Source: Vicugna vicugna (taxonomy: Eukaryota). Taken from it: 64,000 nucleotides of DNA. The stretch lies in assembly GCA_013265495.1 (NCBI GenBank), contig MU058337.1:6616716-6680715 (forward strand), in the 5' to 3' direction. The position numbers were made by a program, and so were the translations under genes. Below are positions 62,415-64,000 of this stretch, one piece after another; position 1 is the stretch's first letter; each line of letters starts with the position of its first letter. The notes below the pieces were generated by a model. The model had not been told where the DNA came from, did no database searches, and saw only the letters and a program-made list of their open reading frames with translations.

Positions 62415-62759
62415 CTAAAAAGAGATCAGTGCGCAGTAATGAGACACAGACGGAGTACACGGGTCACAAGGCGCGGATGAGCCTTCTCTTGCAATGCAGT
62501 CACAGCCAGACTGGGAAATGAGGTGTCAGGTCGAACCGCTGTGTGCCAGCCAGAAGGATCACATCATCCTCCAGTCAATAAGCTAAAACCGGCAGCCTGC
62601 AGCAGGTGCACAGAGCGAAAAGAAGGTAACGGATACTGCCAAAGGTATTTGTGCAGTGTGGCTCTGGAAGGCAGCAGAAGACACATGCAGACATCCCTAA
62701 CCTCAGCCGTGCCGTGTCCCCACTGATGCTGTCCCAACTCCAGCCACACTCAGTGTTTA

Positions 62760-64000
62760 GAGAATATACATTCTTTTCCATTATAAGTGAAGTATTTATT
62801 TTAAAAAGTGACAGTGCACTTAGTCCTATATGAAATGTCCATAAAAACCAAAACAAAAATATTAAAGAGACTATATTCTCTGATCACAATGCAATTAAAT
62901 TAGAAATCAGTACCAAAATTATACACAAATCCACACATTTGGAGATCAAAAATGAAAACATCATAATGGACAGAAGATACCTAAAAGTGAATAAGATTGA
63001 TTCTATTACCAATCAAGGCTTATGTGATGAAGTTAAGTAGTTGATGGAATTTTTAAAATATTGAGCTTAAAAGTAAATGAAGACTGAAAATTAAAGTTAC
63101 TAACGTACAATTTAAGAAGTCAGTGAAAGTAACAATAGTCTGAAGGAATTGGAAAGAATGATGCAGACAGTTAAGAGCAAACATTAACAAAGTGGAAAAC
63201 AGAGACGCAATAGAAGGAATCAATAAAAACCTAATGTTGGCTGTTAAAAAGTCAAATAAAGTGGATAAACCAGGCAAGCTTAGTGAAAAGACAAAGAATG
63301 GAGCACAAATTCTATTAGAAATAATACAAAGACTATAATGACAGACATGAAAAAATCTATAAGAATGCTTTATTTGTATCACAACTGATGAAGTAGACAC
63401 ATTTCTAGAAAAACAACTTGTTAAAACTTCCTCAAGAAGAAACAGAAACTGGTAATCAGTTTTGGAAACTGTTCAGAAGCACTGACTAAAGCTGAACACA
63501 CACGGATGCCTCTGCAGCTCCACTCCTGGACAACAGAAAAGCAAACACACGTTCACCAAAGGCACAGACCACAATGTTCTCAGCAGCATTGTCTGTAATA
63601 GTCAAAGACTGGAAACCACTCAAATGTCCACTAAGTAAAATGGATACTTTATGATATATTCACATGATCTAATACTATACAGCAGTTCAAATGAATAAAC
63701 TATAATGCATGCAACAACATGGCTAAGTCTCTCAAATACATGTTGAATACAATAAACACAAAAAAGTACACCTGCATGATTACTTTATAAAATGCTAACT
63801 TTTCTGTGTTATACTTCAATAGAGAGTCACAAAAAGAAACAGAAACCATTTCTAAAGACTTTTAGCCATTAACGTAATTGAAATAATACTTAAAACTCTA
63901 CCCACCAAAAATCTACATGTGAAGTCAATGAAAATTGTAAGGACCTACTATCTTATACAAATTGTTCTAGAGAACAGAAAAGAAGAAGAGCTCCCCATCT
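62760..64000 (+). mobile_element. Old L1 ORF2 / 3' fragments
   Basis: TTCTCTGATCACAATGCAATTAAATTAGAAATCA, GAAGTAGACACATTTCTAGAAAAAC. Confidence 0.7.

Overview
Mammalian genomic DNA, most likely camelid (alpaca/llama/camel), inferred from two tRNA-derived SINEs resembling the Vic-1 family. Two protein-coding genes are supported. (1) On the - strand are the last two coding exons and 3' UTR of UBAC2 (62292-62414 and 50241-50348, the latter encoding the UBA domain). (2) On the + strand, convergent with UBAC2, is an intact 369-aa class A GPCR ORF (37524-38633). It is a divergent paralog of GPR183/EBI2 rather than GPR183 itself, and several oxysterol-binding residues are changed. This receptor is the most interesting element. 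From memory (unverified), the syntenic human position carries the pseudogene CCR12P. The rest is mostly repeats (L1, L2, MIR, CR1, MLT, hAT MERs, and seven related ERV1 solo LTRs). Other features: an orphan CpG island at about 5.0-5.5 kb, several CTCF-like motifs, an Oct/CCAAT-rich LTR upstream of the GPCR, and a 93-bp inverted, locally templated insertion with a 17-bp target duplication. Repeat names are by eye and many boundaries are approximate. Nearly all other ORFs in the supplied track are judged spurious.
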